DNA of 64,000 nt from Eledone cirrhosa (lineage: Eukaryota). This document shows positions 39,021 to 52,500 of the stretch, piece after piece. The notes beneath the pieces were generated by a model, which saw nothing but the letters and a program-made list of their open reading frames with translations, did no database searches and was not told the DNA's origin. Position numbers and translations under genes: made by a program. The stretch covers positions 124,992,001-125,056,000 of the forward strand of contig OZ024740.1 of NCBI GenBank assembly GCA_964016885.1. The letters are read 5' to 3'. Numbering within the stretch: position 1 is the first letter of the stretch; each line of letters opens with the position of its first letter.

Positions 39021-41034
39021 TCTTTCATTTTCATTTCATTTTACGTCCACTTTTCCCTGCATTATTATCACTATTATTTATTCTTTTATCTCACCTTTTG
39101 TTGGAACACCTGGATTCTCTTATGAATAATGGGTTTGCTATTTGCAGCCTATGGTACCATGATATTTGTTCTAGTACTTTCCTGATAATTATGGCCATAC
39201 CAAGGAGGTAACTTCTACTGAGTCCACTTCTGTTCCAGCACTAAATTATAATTAGGTTCAATCCCTTTGCCACATCTTTTTCTCTGACCTTGTTTGTGAA
39301 TAGACTCTGGATAAAATTGGCCCTGTGATGCTCAAACAGACGACACTAGCCTTGCAAAAAACTTCACCATTTGTTCCAGCCTCATTAATATAATTATTCA
39401 GTACACTAGAGTTGAACATTTTCACTCTACATTGTGGTTCATGTTTTAAGATTAGGCACCTACCAGTATATTCATTGAGAACCATCTCTAGAAATATTTT
39501 CAACATCTTTCTACCCATACGTTGGGACGATTCTCATGTACATTTCTGAGTTTCCAATATTTATTTGTTATGGCTTAATTAGACAAAGAAGGGCAACAAC
39601 CATGAATTGTTTGCAAGACCTCAAATACTGGGGGGAGGGGGGGGGGGGCGAAGGAAGAAACCACAATTCATACATTAATGCAACAGGAAGGAGTGTATGA
39701 ATATATCAAGTTACCCTCACACCAATGATATCGGTTGAATGCTTGCAACAGAGTGGACTACACCAATGGCTCACAGGAACTGAATGGTTGTGTTATACAG
39801 AGCAAGACTGGCAATCCCTATGTCACAAACCTCCTTAGGAAATCAGGCACAACTGTTAAAAATATTTCATCAATACTGATGAATATGATGATGATGATAG
39901 TGGTAGTGATGGTGATGATTGATACAAGTAATGTTGATTGATGTATCAATGATCAACACAAGATATGAAATAATATATTCTAGTGATAATTTTGATGTAA
40001 TGCAGAGTTTACTTCAGTTCATGGTGGTTTTCATACAATTGAGAAGTAACATAGTTTCCAAGTTTAGTTTAGAGCCTCAAAACATAAAGCAGTAGACTAA
40101 GAGAGAGAGAGAGAGAGAATGTGTGTCTATGTATGTTTAAAAGAGAGAGAAAGTAACATAAAACATTTTCTTTAGAAGAAACAGACATGTCAAGTTAAGG
40201 TTAAAATGACAATGAAATGTTACGTAATGTTTATTTGTTTTATTTTATTGATAAATCGATTGCATTATTTCACCAGTCATGTTCCGATTATGGAAAGATA
40301 TATTTGTTTGTTATAAGTCTAAATGCTGAAGCCAAATAAATAAGCAGGGACTCAGCTGTCAATGTCTTATAAATGTTTTGCATTTATTTTGAATATTTAC
40401 TATATTTTGTCTAGAATGCATAATTTATCTTTCCATGTATCCCCGGTGACTAGGGAAGATTTAAAACAGAAAATGAAAGACAAAGATGCAAAAACAATAG
40501 AAACTGAAGTTTATATACAAACATTTACACAGGTCTTTTAAATTTAAATTCAAACTGAAAGATATAAACCGAAAAATTATGAATGTAGACTAAAGAAAAC
40601 TGATGCCTTATAAAAAAACATAAAAAATAATTTAAATAAACTCTAAGCTGCAGTGAAAAGGTGAATTAAAATGAAAGTAAATTGATAGTATTTATGTAAA
40701 ATATGTAGAAATAAATGGGTTGACAAAGTATTGAACTTCTTACTAGCAGATGTTCAATTCAAACTTTTCTTTTTTACAGTTTAGTCAGGGATAGAAGGGC
40801 AGTGCCAATGACCCTTTTCCAAGATGGGTTGAAGGGTGTGAGAAAGGTATCCTCACAGGACTTGTCCTGAATTTTTGCAATAGATAGGACTCCACTAAAG
40901 GTTCATAACAACGATACATTTGAATTGAACTAGCATCAAAGAAACATTTACAATAAGTGCTTAAATTTATCTCAGGACAGGACAATTAATTCCAAATGAC
41001 GCAGTTAATAAAGTTCAGTTAGTTAGTTAATGTC

Positions 41035-41305
41035 TGTTAAGCCAAAAGCTCATCTGGGCCAGTGGTTATCCTGGATTTCCTTGGCATTAAGCGACTGAGA
41101 ATATAAGAATCCCTGAAAGGATGCCAGTCTATCATAAGATTAACACCCCAGCTACTGCTGACACTCACTCAGCTGAGTACACTGGAGCAACATGAAATAA
41201 AGTGTTTTGCACAAGAACATAATGCAGCAGCCCCTCCATGAATCGAACTGACAACATTACGATCATGCATCAAGCACCCTAATCAATAAGCTAAATGGCT
41301 TCCCA
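41035..41305 (-). mobile_element. SINE family B
   Basis: Reverse complement of the family B head, core and 'agactggcatcc' 3' domain. Confidence 0.7.
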
Positions 41306-41736
41306 GTTAATACAGCAACAGGGAAAAGATTTTCTGGAAAATCTTCTTTAGATTAAGGAAAAATAAAATCTTTCATTTACATAATACTATGAAATTGCAG
41401 TTAAGCTCTCAATTGTTAAGTTCACAAGGTCAAGTGTGTTTCAATGAGGAAACATAGAATATGATAAAGGCAGTTTATGATCGATCAGTCAAAATTAATA
41501 ACTATTATCTAAAACTCAAAATAATATGTGGCTCAATATTAAACTTGACACAGCAGATATAATTTGATTTATTACCAGCACATTAGATCCACCATATTCT
41601 GCAAGTAGTGTGAAAAGTTTTTTTGTTTTTTTTTCATATAAGGCATCAAAATGCATATGTTTAGAAGAAAAATAAAAGTTATGATTCTTATACCTTTACC
41701 ATGAAATGGCATTCAAATAATTTCAAGTTACAAATT

Positions 41737-42960
41737 TCTTCTTCTTCTTCTTCTTCTTCTTTGCCCCCTTATTCCTGTGATGGCGGTAGGGGCAGAGCCT
41801 TCAGTCACTTATTCCAGCACATCCTGTCAGAAGCAACCATCTCCAAACGATCCAGCTGGATTCCCAAGCATGACAGCCAAGCCCATGGATGTTTTTGAGC
41901 CATCTTGTTTGGGGTCTACCCCTGAGTCTCCTGCCAGTTGGTATTGCTCATAATATCTGTCCAGCGATTTTTTCCTGAGACATTCGAACCACATGCCCAT
42001 AGTATTAGATATGTGTTCTCTCAATTTGGAGAAGTAGCGGCTCTACATGGAGTAATTCTCTCATTTCTGAGCTATGCATTCTATCAAGCAATGTTACTCC
42101 AAAAACCCTTCAGAGGAATCCCATTTCAGCTGCTTGTATTCACGATCATATTTTTTTGGTCATTACCCAAGATTCATGACCATAGGTAAGGGTTGGCATA
42201 AAAACCGAATTGAAGACAGTGAGTTTGGCTTTTACACATATCTCCCTTCTTCAGATTATTGAATGTTGAAGCTGGCGAATTACTGCACCAGTTTTTGCAA
42301 TTTTTGCACCTAATTCAGACTCCTGCCTTCCATCGTCCCCAAGGTACTTGAACTTCTTTACCTGCTTCAGTCGAACTCCATTCACATGTAACGTGCACTG
42401 TGCCGGCTTCCTTGAGATGACGAGTGTCTCAGTTTTCGCAGCACTGAATTTCGTTTCAGCCATGCAGCATTCAGCATCAAACCTATCAAGTGCCAATCAA
42501 AGATTATCTTCTCTTGAGTTTAGTAAGACTATGTCATCTGAAGGTCGACAAAACAAATATATACTTCTTGGCAATACTCCCACGATGTCTCTTATACCTA
42601 CAGCAGTGTTAATATTTGGTCGGCTGAGCTGCATCCTGGGCAAACACCAGACTGTTCATCAACTAGCTTGGATTCGACAATCTCCCTGCATCTCTTTGCA
42701 AGGCACTTAGCATAGACTCTTCTGGGGAGGCTTAACAAGTAGATCCCTCTGTAATTAGAACAATTTTTGAAATCTCCCTTTTTGAAAATTGGGATTATCA
42801 CTCTTGTTGCCATTGCTTTGGTGCCTTTCAAGATATCCAGGCCACCTGGTACACTTGTATCAGCCAGAGAAAACCGTCTCTATTTAAGGCTTTTAACATC
42901 TTGGGTCAGAATTTTTCTTCCCAGCAGCCTTGCCAATTAGTCACTTTGAGTGGTGACTAA
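41737..42960 (-). mobile_element. Rex3/Expander-like RTE LINE fragment with internal deletions
   Basis: IIPIFKKGD..CSNYRGI.LLS, DEQSG, KQVKKFKYLG motifs; (GAA)n tail at 41737-41761. Confidence 0.85.
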
Positions 42961-44299
42961 GTTACAAATCAACATATAAGATACATCTCATCAGAATTAC
43001 TGAAGAAAATTTTTTTACATGTTTAAATATTCGTACCAGAATAATTTAGCAGCAAACATATTAAGACCACTTTTATTTGCTAAAGCAGGGGTTATCCTAA
43101 TGGTCCAAATGGAAGTTTTTTTAAAGCAATTTTTCATGGAGGGGTCCCCTTTCTGTTGCCAACACTTTTAGCCATCTCTTTAACATTCAGAGATAAGGTG
43201 TACCTATTCTAAACTGGATACACACAGCACTAACCCAGATACATGATTATAAATGGAAAAAAAGTAAATTAAATTCTGGCAGGATTTGAATTCAAAATGT
43301 AGAGGGAGAAAACTAAAGTTTGTAAGATATTTAGTTCAGCATGTTATCTTGTTTACTTGTGAATTGTTGCCAACATGAAAACTATAAAGATGAAAATAAT
43401 GCTGCTGTTGCTTCTGATAATGATGAACCCTCTCAACTTTCCTACAACACATATTAGCATTGAAATGTGTAGGCGTTTAGAACTCTTTCAAGGACAAAGA
43501 GTTTAAATTGATATAAGAAAATATGTAAAAAATGTTTGATTTTTAAGGATATATTTACTCAGAAATCATTTGAAATAACAGAGAAAACTTCAAAGACTTT
43601 CTGTTGTACAACTATTATTTACTGAAACAAATCTGTATCTCAGATGTCACACAAACATCATACAACATAACTGTTTAATGCTTTCAAATCTAATTCATTC
43701 AACTATTTAAATTTGTGCGTTAACATCAGTGCAACATTTCAGAAATATCTCTTAATTTTCTTAGATCACTTCTATCCTTAGCTGCTACTTTCTACCCCTT
43801 CTGCCAACCTACACATACACTCCAAAGCCTGCAAAACCTACTTTATATACTTTACAGTCACAAGAACCCCTGCTACAAGTATGATTGAGTTCTTTGTCAT
43901 AATATTTTAAATCAAAATTTATTTCAAATAAAAAGCAGAAAGTATCTTGAATAAGAAGAAAGTAAAAGAGAAAAAAAGAATCGCCTTTTCCATATAGGGG
44001 CATCAAAAATATAATTTCATGGAACAAGACAAGCTAATATGACATTGAAACTTCTTTTCATTATTATTATTATTATTATTATTAGTGTTATATAGTACCA
44101 GTAATGCACTGGGTAATTGCTGGCCTTGTGCCTAAAGTAGAAACAATTATTATTATTAGTGTTTGAAGTGACAAAAAGCACTATTGTGATCTTGTGTCAG
44201 TTGTTTTAACATATTTAAATCCTTTTGTTGTTAGTATTTTGTATTACAGTACGGGCATAAGGAATGATGGCCCTGAAGCAGGGAGTACCCATTATATTT

Positions 44300-44915
44300 G
44301 GTCGTTTGGCCCAAATATTTAAACTTTATTTTGTGTTATTACAAATATTTTTTCTGCTTAGAATATCAACAAAAGACGCACCCTCACATTAAACCAAATG
44401 TCATGTGACAGCAGCTCAAACTTTGAGTGGAATGATACCGCCCCCAACACCATAATTATAAAAACCAAGCATCGCACACAACAGCAACAACAAAACAGAC
44501 AGACCAGAACAACAACAGAATTAATGACAACAGCAACAACAAAAGCAACGATGACAACAAAACCACCACCAACAACAACAATGACGATAGCAACAACAAC
44601 AAAAGTGTAAACAATGACAACACTAACTGCAGCAATAACAATGTGAACAACAACAAGATTACATTTGCAGTCACAGCTGTTAAAATTCAAACTTAATTCT
44701 GCTTTGATGGCATGGTGGCCCTGACACCCTCCCGGTGTGTAGTTTACAATGAGGGAGAGGTGGTCAAAATCAGACCTGAGAACATTAAAAATATCCTGGA
44801 CCATGTCAAGCTGCTGGACGGGTGTAAGATACAAGTCATTACTGAGAGCAAACAGCCGCACTTTTCATTTCTGTTGAAGCCATACATCTGCATGTCATTT
44901 TCCCCCAGCTGGAAA
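44300..44915 (+). mobile_element. Old L1/Tx1-clade 5' fragment (ORF1 remnant)
   Basis: VKIRPENIKNILDHVKLLDGCKIQVITESKQPH aligns with VQIRLENVKTIPDHIRLQNGTVIHIMTEGKRPQ of ORF1 at 47711-48517; preceded by a similar (ACA)n low-complexity region. Confidence 0.7.
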
Positions 44916-44924
44916 TTGCAGGTG

Positions 44925-47304
44925 GCCGCAAACATCTGCCCGACCTTTCAGTGATAGCTTCATCCCAGCCCATTCTGGGTGAGACTGGCTCACCTGCCCG
45001 TCATCTCGTCCCAATTCTTATCCACCTGGAGGTCTGGCCCGAACCAAACCCCTAGCAACTTTACCGGTCCGTCCGTCCAGCACCTAACGACGCTGTTGGA
45101 CGGCATGGACTTGCCTCTCCAGGTGCCGAGTTGCAAGCCCACCGACTTTTCCGGGTTAAGTTTTGCTCCCGTCAACCTTTCATATTCCTCCAATGAGTTG
45201 CCGACCACCTCGATTTCTGAGGTGTCCGATACCATCACGGTGCTCTCGTCCGCATAAGCCGACACAGCCTTTCCGCGTTCCGGTTCGAGTGGAATGACCT
45301 GCAACAGCTCCAGCTTCCGCAGTAAAGGTTCGAGAGTCAATACATACAGAAGGGAGGAGAGAGGTCACCTTGACGGACCGATCGGGAGACCTGAAACAGT
45401 TCTGAGAGGTGGCCATTAATTTTGACCATCGAGCAGGTGCCGCTGTGCATTGCAGCGATCCAGCTGCTGAAGACGGGGCTGAAGCCAGCCGCCCTGAGGA
45501 CAGCCTCCAGGTACCGATGATTGACCCTATCGAATGCTTTCGATTGATCTAAATCGATCAGAGCCCCACCGAAGCCTGGTTTACACCCCACCCTCTCTAT
45601 GATGTATCGCATTAGGTGGAGGTTGTCGTGGATGGACCTGGTTGGGATTGCGCAAGTTTGCGCCTCCCCAACCAAATCCCCAACGACAAGCGCCAAACTC
45701 TTCGCTAACTCTTGGCCAAAATCTTAAACTCTGTGTTGAGCAGAGTTATGGGCCTGAAATTGTCTAATGTATCCCTCTTGTTCTCGTCTTTCCTTATCAG
45801 CGTCACTACGCCCCGGCTCACAGAACTGGGAATACTCCTGTTTTGCTGCCAGTTGCAGTAGAGGGCTTCGGGGAGATTGGAGAACAAGTCTAGCATATTT
45901 ACGTAAAGCTCGTAGGGCAGACCATCCAAACCGGGTGACTTGCGCCTCATGCAGCCGACAAGGGCATCCTGAATCTCGGCTGAAGTAATTGGCATTTCGC
46001 AGCGCCCAGCGTCAGCCGTTGAGAGTTGCGGCAAGCCATTGAGGTAGGGACTGAAGTGCTCCACCATCTCTGACCCGCCACTTCCCCCGAACAACCGAGC
46101 AAAATGTTGGCGAAAGGCCTCACACATCCTCTTGGAATCGCTCAGCTCGTGCCCGTCTCGGTCCGTCAGAGACCGAATCGTGGTTTTATTACCACGCTGT
46201 GCTTCCGCCACACGGGCCCATCGAACAGCTTTGGTTCCCTCGTTTCTCAGAGCACGCGCCTTAGCTCTGACAATGCAACCTTCGTGTTTCGCATTGAAGA
46301 AATGGTCAAATGCCATTCTCGCCGCTAGCACGTCGGTTGCAATTCCACTACCAATAGCCTCGTCTAACATATCTACCAACTCCCCCTCCTTTCTATTTTT
46401 CTCTAACGCTACATCTTTGCTAAACTCTATCGACATTAATCTAATCTCTCTTTTGAGAGCCCCCACCAACTATTGTTGACGACTCCCCCTGTCAACTTTT
46501 TCTTAACTAAATTGTTGACTCGGTCCTTGTAAGCCTTACGTGCTGGAAATGACATATTTAGCTTCCAGTAACCAGGTCCTAACCTACGCGTCTTATCTAG
46601 GTCGACCATACAGATCACAAACTTTTGATCTGAATAGGCGACCGTTTCAAAACGTGGACAGCTTACACTATTTCTGTCTATTTTCCTAATGAATATCCTG
46701 TCTATATACGATCTAGATGACCCTATGCGGTTAGCCCAGGTCTACAGTGGCGCATTAGGGAAATCTATCGGTACCTGTCAGACAGTTGGAACTGGCTGAT
46801 CAGGTTCTTGAGGCTTTTGCACCCCCCGCTACTATCGGATACTCCCACACAGTCTCAGCGTGCGTCTAAGATGCCGTTCCAGTCCCCCGCTAACAGTAAA
46901 GGGCGAGACGTACACAGAAAGGCTTCCAGGCGTCTAAAGAAGTCCGGCCGTCCTGCCCCAGTAGGAGCATAGACGGCCACCAGTCTAAAGGCACCACCTT
47001 CATTATTGTTCACGTCCAGGACCACAAACTTCCCGTCCGAGTCCCGGAAGATCGACCTTACCTCGAGATCCAGGACTTTCCTAAACATCACTGCCACCCC
47101 GCCTCCCATTCCCGGCCGGCTAACAGATGCAAAGATCTGATAGTCGTCGAAAATGGGAGCTAGTGCGCGCGTATCGGAAATCCTGGTCTCGCTGACGGCA
47201 ATGACATCCATTTCTATAGACCTGAGGTCGTTGAGCAGGTGACCCTGCTTCCAGGACGATCCCAGGCCTCGAACATTTAAACATCCTACTCTTAATACGG
47301 CCAT
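44925..47304 (-). pseudogene. Tx1-like ORF2 (APE + RT), disrupted
   Basis: CLNVRGL, VSET, AVYAP, LAGDWN, SDQK, GYWKLN, KSPGLDGLP, NFRPITLLN, DQSKAFDRV, SVRQG, AYADE, KLLGVWF. Confidence 0.92.
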
Positions 47305-47313
47305 GTTGGCAGG

Positions 47314-49289
47314 TTAAAAAGAGTGAGAGGAAGGTTTACTTACCTTCCGGGCTCTTGTGAAGGTCGGGTTGTTCGACCTCCATAGTTGGTGGGGTTTCTT
47401 TACGTTTGGGATTCCCACGTCCCGAGGAAAGCTGTCTCGTATTTCTTTGAATATATCGAGCGACATTCGCACCAGAACCAAATCTTCCGGCACGCGAAAT
47501 GTGCTCGATTTAAAAATTTCCCCCTCTTTTTGTATATTTTCACTTCGTGCTACGAGCGCCATCAGTTCCTTGTTGGCCCTCCTGACGAGCACGAAGTTTT
47601 GTATGTTTTGTTGGTGTGATTTTATTTGTTTGCGTGGCTGTGGTGGTGATGGTTTTGGTGGTGTTGTTTCGGTTGTATCTGTGTTTGTTGTGAGTGCGGT
47701 GTCTGTGGTTTCAGATGTTTGTGTGTATATTTGTTCTTGCGTCTGTTTCGGTTGTTTGCGTTTGGGGGATTCTGGTGATGGTGATGGTGGTGTTGATGTT
47801 GGTGTTATTGGAGAGATGTTTGCGTGGGGGGTGTCTCCGTTTTTTTATTGTGGGTGATTTTGTGCTTTGTTGATTTTTTTTTTTCTTTTTGTGTTTCCTT
47901 TTTTGTATTTTGGGGGATTTTGGTTTTCGCTCATCTTCACTACTCGTAGATGAGGGGTCTGCGTCTGTAAGTGTGTCTGTATGTACGTTTATGGTTTTAT
48001 TGGTGTGTCTATTTTTTTTTGGGGGGGGGGGGATTTGACAGCTTTCCTCGTTTCCCCCCTGGGTGGTCAATGTTGGTGGTGGTCTTTCTATTGGTGTTGT
48101 TGTTGATGGTTTTGCCGCTGCTGGTGTTGGTTGTGGTCCTCTCCCCGGCGTCGGCAGCAGTGGAGCCTTTCGACTCCTTGCCTCTTTCAGCAGTTGAGGG
48201 CAGAAGGCTCGCAAATGGGTTTTTTCCCCACAAACAAAACACTGCGGCCTTTTGCCTTCGGTCATAATGTGGATGACCGTCCCATTCTGAAGGCGGATGT
48301 GGTCCGGGATTGTCTTCACATTCTCGAGTCTGATCTGGACAAGGATCTCCAGGTCAACCCCGGACCAGTCCTCTCTGGCCGTTCTAGTCACTTCTATAGG
48401 GACGGTATCCGTCCCCTCCACAATCACACATCCCAGAAGCCACCACATGTCAAGTCCTGGTGGGATTCTGGGAATGCGGAGACGGGCCGTTCTTTTTCCC
48501 ATGTGGGAGGGGTACATTATGACCTTGCTGGTTTTTCAAGGAGTCATAGCGTGTTTCACAGCGAGGGCTTCTGACTTGAACAACACCGAAATGGTGCCGT
48601 ACTGTCTGCCCTCTCTATGTATTCGGTGTCTTCTCTGATGCACCTCAGCGCGACTTCGACATCTTCTTGTGGGATTAAAGCTGCCATTTTGGTTTGTGCT
48701 GAGATGCATCTATAATGCACCGTTCTGCGCTCCACTGACTCAATTGCTTCTACCGGGACAGTTAAGTTGGCCCAAGTTTGCTCTTGCTTGATGAGCTTCC
48801 ATGCCTGGGCCAACTTTTCATCTTTGTTTGAGAGGTCCATATTGAAGTATGGCCTCTTTTTTGCTGCTACCGCAGCGAAAGTGTTCTTGTTGTTTTCGTT
48901 GGGGGTGTTGTGGTCGTTGTCGTTGTTCTTGTTGGTGTTGTTGTTAGCACTGTCGCTGTTATCATTGTTGTCTTTGTTGCCACCGTTGTTCTCGGTGCAG
49001 TTGGTATTGTTGCTGTTGGTGTTGTCGCTATTTGTTTTCATGTCAGTGGTGTTGATATTGTTGTTGTATTTGTTATTTTTTTTTTGTGATCTGTATTTTC
49101 GTTGTCGCTGTTACTGTCATTTTTTTCAAAATTAGAGTTCTCATTGGTATCATTGGTGTCTTTGTTTACATTGTTTGTGGTGGTGTTTGTGTTATCAATT
49201 AGTGTTAATTTCGCTATAGCGCTCCTCTCAACTTCTACGTCGTTGTCGCACGACAGCAGACATATCGCTGGGGGGCGTGGCTCAGCCAT
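47314..49289 (-). pseudogene. Tx1-like ORF1 (Asn-rich N-terminus, CCHC zinc knuckle, Pro/Lys-rich linker), frameshifted
   Basis: CFVCGEKTHLRAFC knuckle; fragments 49038-49289, 48556-49041, 47711-48517 and 47314-47592; some frame breaks lie near homopolymer runs. Confidence 0.8.
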
Positions 49290-49487
49290 GTTTTTTTTCT
49301 CCGTAAATGTTTTAACATGTAAAAAAAATTCAAGTATTGGGGACAAAAGGCCCAAATATTATACTTTCCCCTTCAGTCTAAGGAGCTTATATCCCTTACA
49401 CAACAAGAAATATTTAACAACAAATAATTTTAACAGGCAAATAAAGCGACTTACAGGGAGCGAGCCAAAAAGACGTCCGAACAGACC

Positions 49488-49540
<53 letters not shown>
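49488..49540. repeat. (AAT)n microsatellite between the Tx1 5' end and R4-like unit 1
   Basis: Pure AAT run. Confidence 0.95.
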
Positions 49541-52500
49541 GGGAAGAAGACGCACGAGGTGGTAGAAGGTTATGAAATCGCTCCCGTAAGTTTTTGATTT
49601 TTAACATATTTAAATCAATTGTGAAATAACAATTCTTAGTACAAATGTTGCATAATCCACCGAATGAAGTCCCATAAAATTTCGGATCCATATTATATTG
49701 TTATATCGCTCAAATATTCAATTTTGTATTATATATTTTGTATTAAAAAAAAAGAAAATGGTTATAAATGGAAGAAAACACCCTCTGTCTACACTATATA
49801 GAACAGCCAAATAACAGCAATTTCACCAACACCAGAAAGTTGATACACCACCTATCCCATCACACTAAATATAACAGCCAGATAACGGCAATTTCACCAC
49901 CACCACCATCAATCCCGGCATGATAATAATAATTACTATTATTATTGTCTCAAATTTTAACAAAATGTTTAATTCCAATTTTACGGGAATATGTCAACAC
50001 AATATATATTAAACATACGAACACAAACTCATAGATACTACATATCACAAAACCCAGTAACCACAAAGCCACCGCCGCCACCACCCCATCCATCATCTTG
50101 CTACCACTATCCCATCGCCGCCGCCACCACTCCTTCATTGCTACCACCACTATTCCCCTGTTAACTTGAGAGAGAAAGGGGAAGGTGGCGGTATCACTAG
50201 ACAAGGGAGAGGCTGGCAAAAGATATAAATAGATTGACTTAGTGGCCTGGCCACCGGCCAAACGTCAACATCAACAACTATGGGACAGCTGGCTCACCCT
50301 TCCTCACCAACAATATAAAAAGCCCCGGAACCACCACCGACATAGCCAACAACAATAACAGGCAACTTCAGCAAAAAGTATATTATATTATTGTAATGCA
50401 CTGGGTGATTGCTGGCCTTGTGCCTGAAGTGGAGACAATTATTAGTAATTTCATTCTTAAGCCACGCAATGCTCACATTAAGGAACCACTCATGATAATA
50501 ACAATTTAAAAAAAACAACAAAAAGAAAACCCCGTGACCAAGAAATACCGGGATGGCGGCCGGCGGGGAATAGCCGTGTCTCTAGGGGAGAACGACCCCT
50601 CTAGTCTTGGTTGACACTCGTTCTAGAAGTGGTAACACGAAATGATTACACCTTGGAGGATAAGGATAAAATGCGACAAAATAAAGTAAATGTCTAATGA
50701 TAAATTCTCATACCGGATCGGCCGTCACCCGGGTAAAAAAGGGCCGCGTCCCTCAGAGAGGAACCAGACTGGGGTCGAAAAATCAGCTAATGGTTCAAAC
50801 CTTCCCATCACTTCGGAGCTGGAGACCTCCCATAACCGGATTACTCCTACTGTTGGCCCTCCATGCTAACCACCAAGAAATCCAAAGAAAAAGAGAGAAA
50901 AATGGTCAAGGGAAGATAATAAAGAAGTCCTTGAGGCTTTCTACACTGCCATGTACTACCCATCAAATACATCGAATACAGAAGAGACATATATCAACTG
51001 GAAAAAGACACATCCCGAAAACTGAGGCTATATTGACAGTAACAAACTAGCCAATATACGAAGAAATATTGTAAGAAAAAAGTTACTAACTGATATAGAA
51101 ATTGATCAGATCAAGCTATTAGCACAAAGTCAGCGAAGGGAAAATGAAACATGTGTCAGTGAAAACGAGGTAAACTGTAACACTTCGAACCCCAGGGTTG
51201 GGGCGGAATCACTGGCAACAGAACAAATTAAAGAAAGGATCGAAAAAGTGGAGGGAGTGCATGCTCAGGATGAAACTCCAAATGAAAATAATGAGATCGT
51301 AAATGATAAAGAAATGAATGAGAATGAACTTGCCAACTTGAAGGATGAAATTATGATCGAATGGATGAAAATGAAAGAATCTGACATGGGGCAACGAGAC
51401 ACCCTCCCTAAGATCCAGAACTCCAAACAGAACCAAAAGATAATACACAAGACTAACATAATTCTCAAAAACATTATCATCACAAACAAACTAAACATTA
51501 CTGATTTAAATCATCTCTATTATGCATCGGCTAAAGTCACCACTCACTTATGTGGAGTGAAGATGAAAAAACAAAGGAATTCCCACAAGAAATCTACTTG
51601 GTAAGAGAACATCAATCGCCAAATAAACCTTCTCCGATCTGACAGAAATTTTAACAAACTATAAAGTAGGTGAACATGTTAAACAAACTAAACTTAGAAA
51701 ATTGAAAAAAAAGTACAGTATAAAATCAACATGTGACATAGACATGCTGATAGAAATAATCAAGCAAAAAGTGTCGGCCAGAGCTGCTCGTATAAGGCGC
51801 TTTGAAAAACGATCTAGATTCTATAAGGACAATAATATGTTCAAAAACAACCAAAGAAACTTCTACAGAAAAATTGGTAAGTCAACAATAACAGCTAAAT
51901 CAATACCACCCAAGGAGGAAGTGCAAGAATTCTGGGAAAAGATCTGGGCCGAAGAAAAAGTTCATAACATACATGCCCCATGGATAGACAGACAAATGAA
52001 AGATACAGCTCACCTTGAGGAACAAATATGGGAAAATATAACAGTTGAACAGTTGCGCTTGGCTCTAAGAAAAACCAGCAAATGGAAATCCCCAGGAAAA
52101 GACAAAATACAAAACTTTTGGATAAATGCCTTCACAGAGTCTCATGAGCTGTTAGCCCAACTTTACAATGAAATAGTTAAGGAGCCAGAAAAGATACCAT
52201 CATGGCTAGTTAACGGCATTACATTCCTGCTTCCGAAGAATGATGAGACAAACAATCCCAAAAATTACAGACCGATAACTTGCTTGACCACAATGTATAA
52301 AATTTTAACATCAGTCCTAACTGAATACACATATGACCACCTGATAACAAATGACCTATTTCCCATTGAGCAGAAAGGGTGTAAACGAGGCTCATATGGC
52401 TGTAAGGATCAGCTTCTGGTTAACAAAATGATACTGGAAGATTGTCATAATTGACACAAAAATCTATCGATTGCTTGGATAGATTATAAAAAAGCATTCG

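Larger units (their letters stand above)
44925..49487 (-). mobile_element. L1/Tx1-clade non-LTR retrotransposon, 5'-intact and 3'-truncated
   Basis: 5' UTR, ORF1 and ORF2 separated by 9 nt; ends just after the 'LSLKGR' motif and lacks a 3' tail. Confidence 0.9.

Noticed and set aside
39100-39560. 86-aa ORF possibly from a DNA transposase
   Set aside because: No catalytic motif or terminal repeats could be identified.
50555-50570. GGCCGGC matching the start of the genomic HDV ribozyme
   Set aside because: The remaining HDV elements (P3/L3 CCUCCUCG-like loop, J4/2) could not be placed, and the motif is altered in copy 2.
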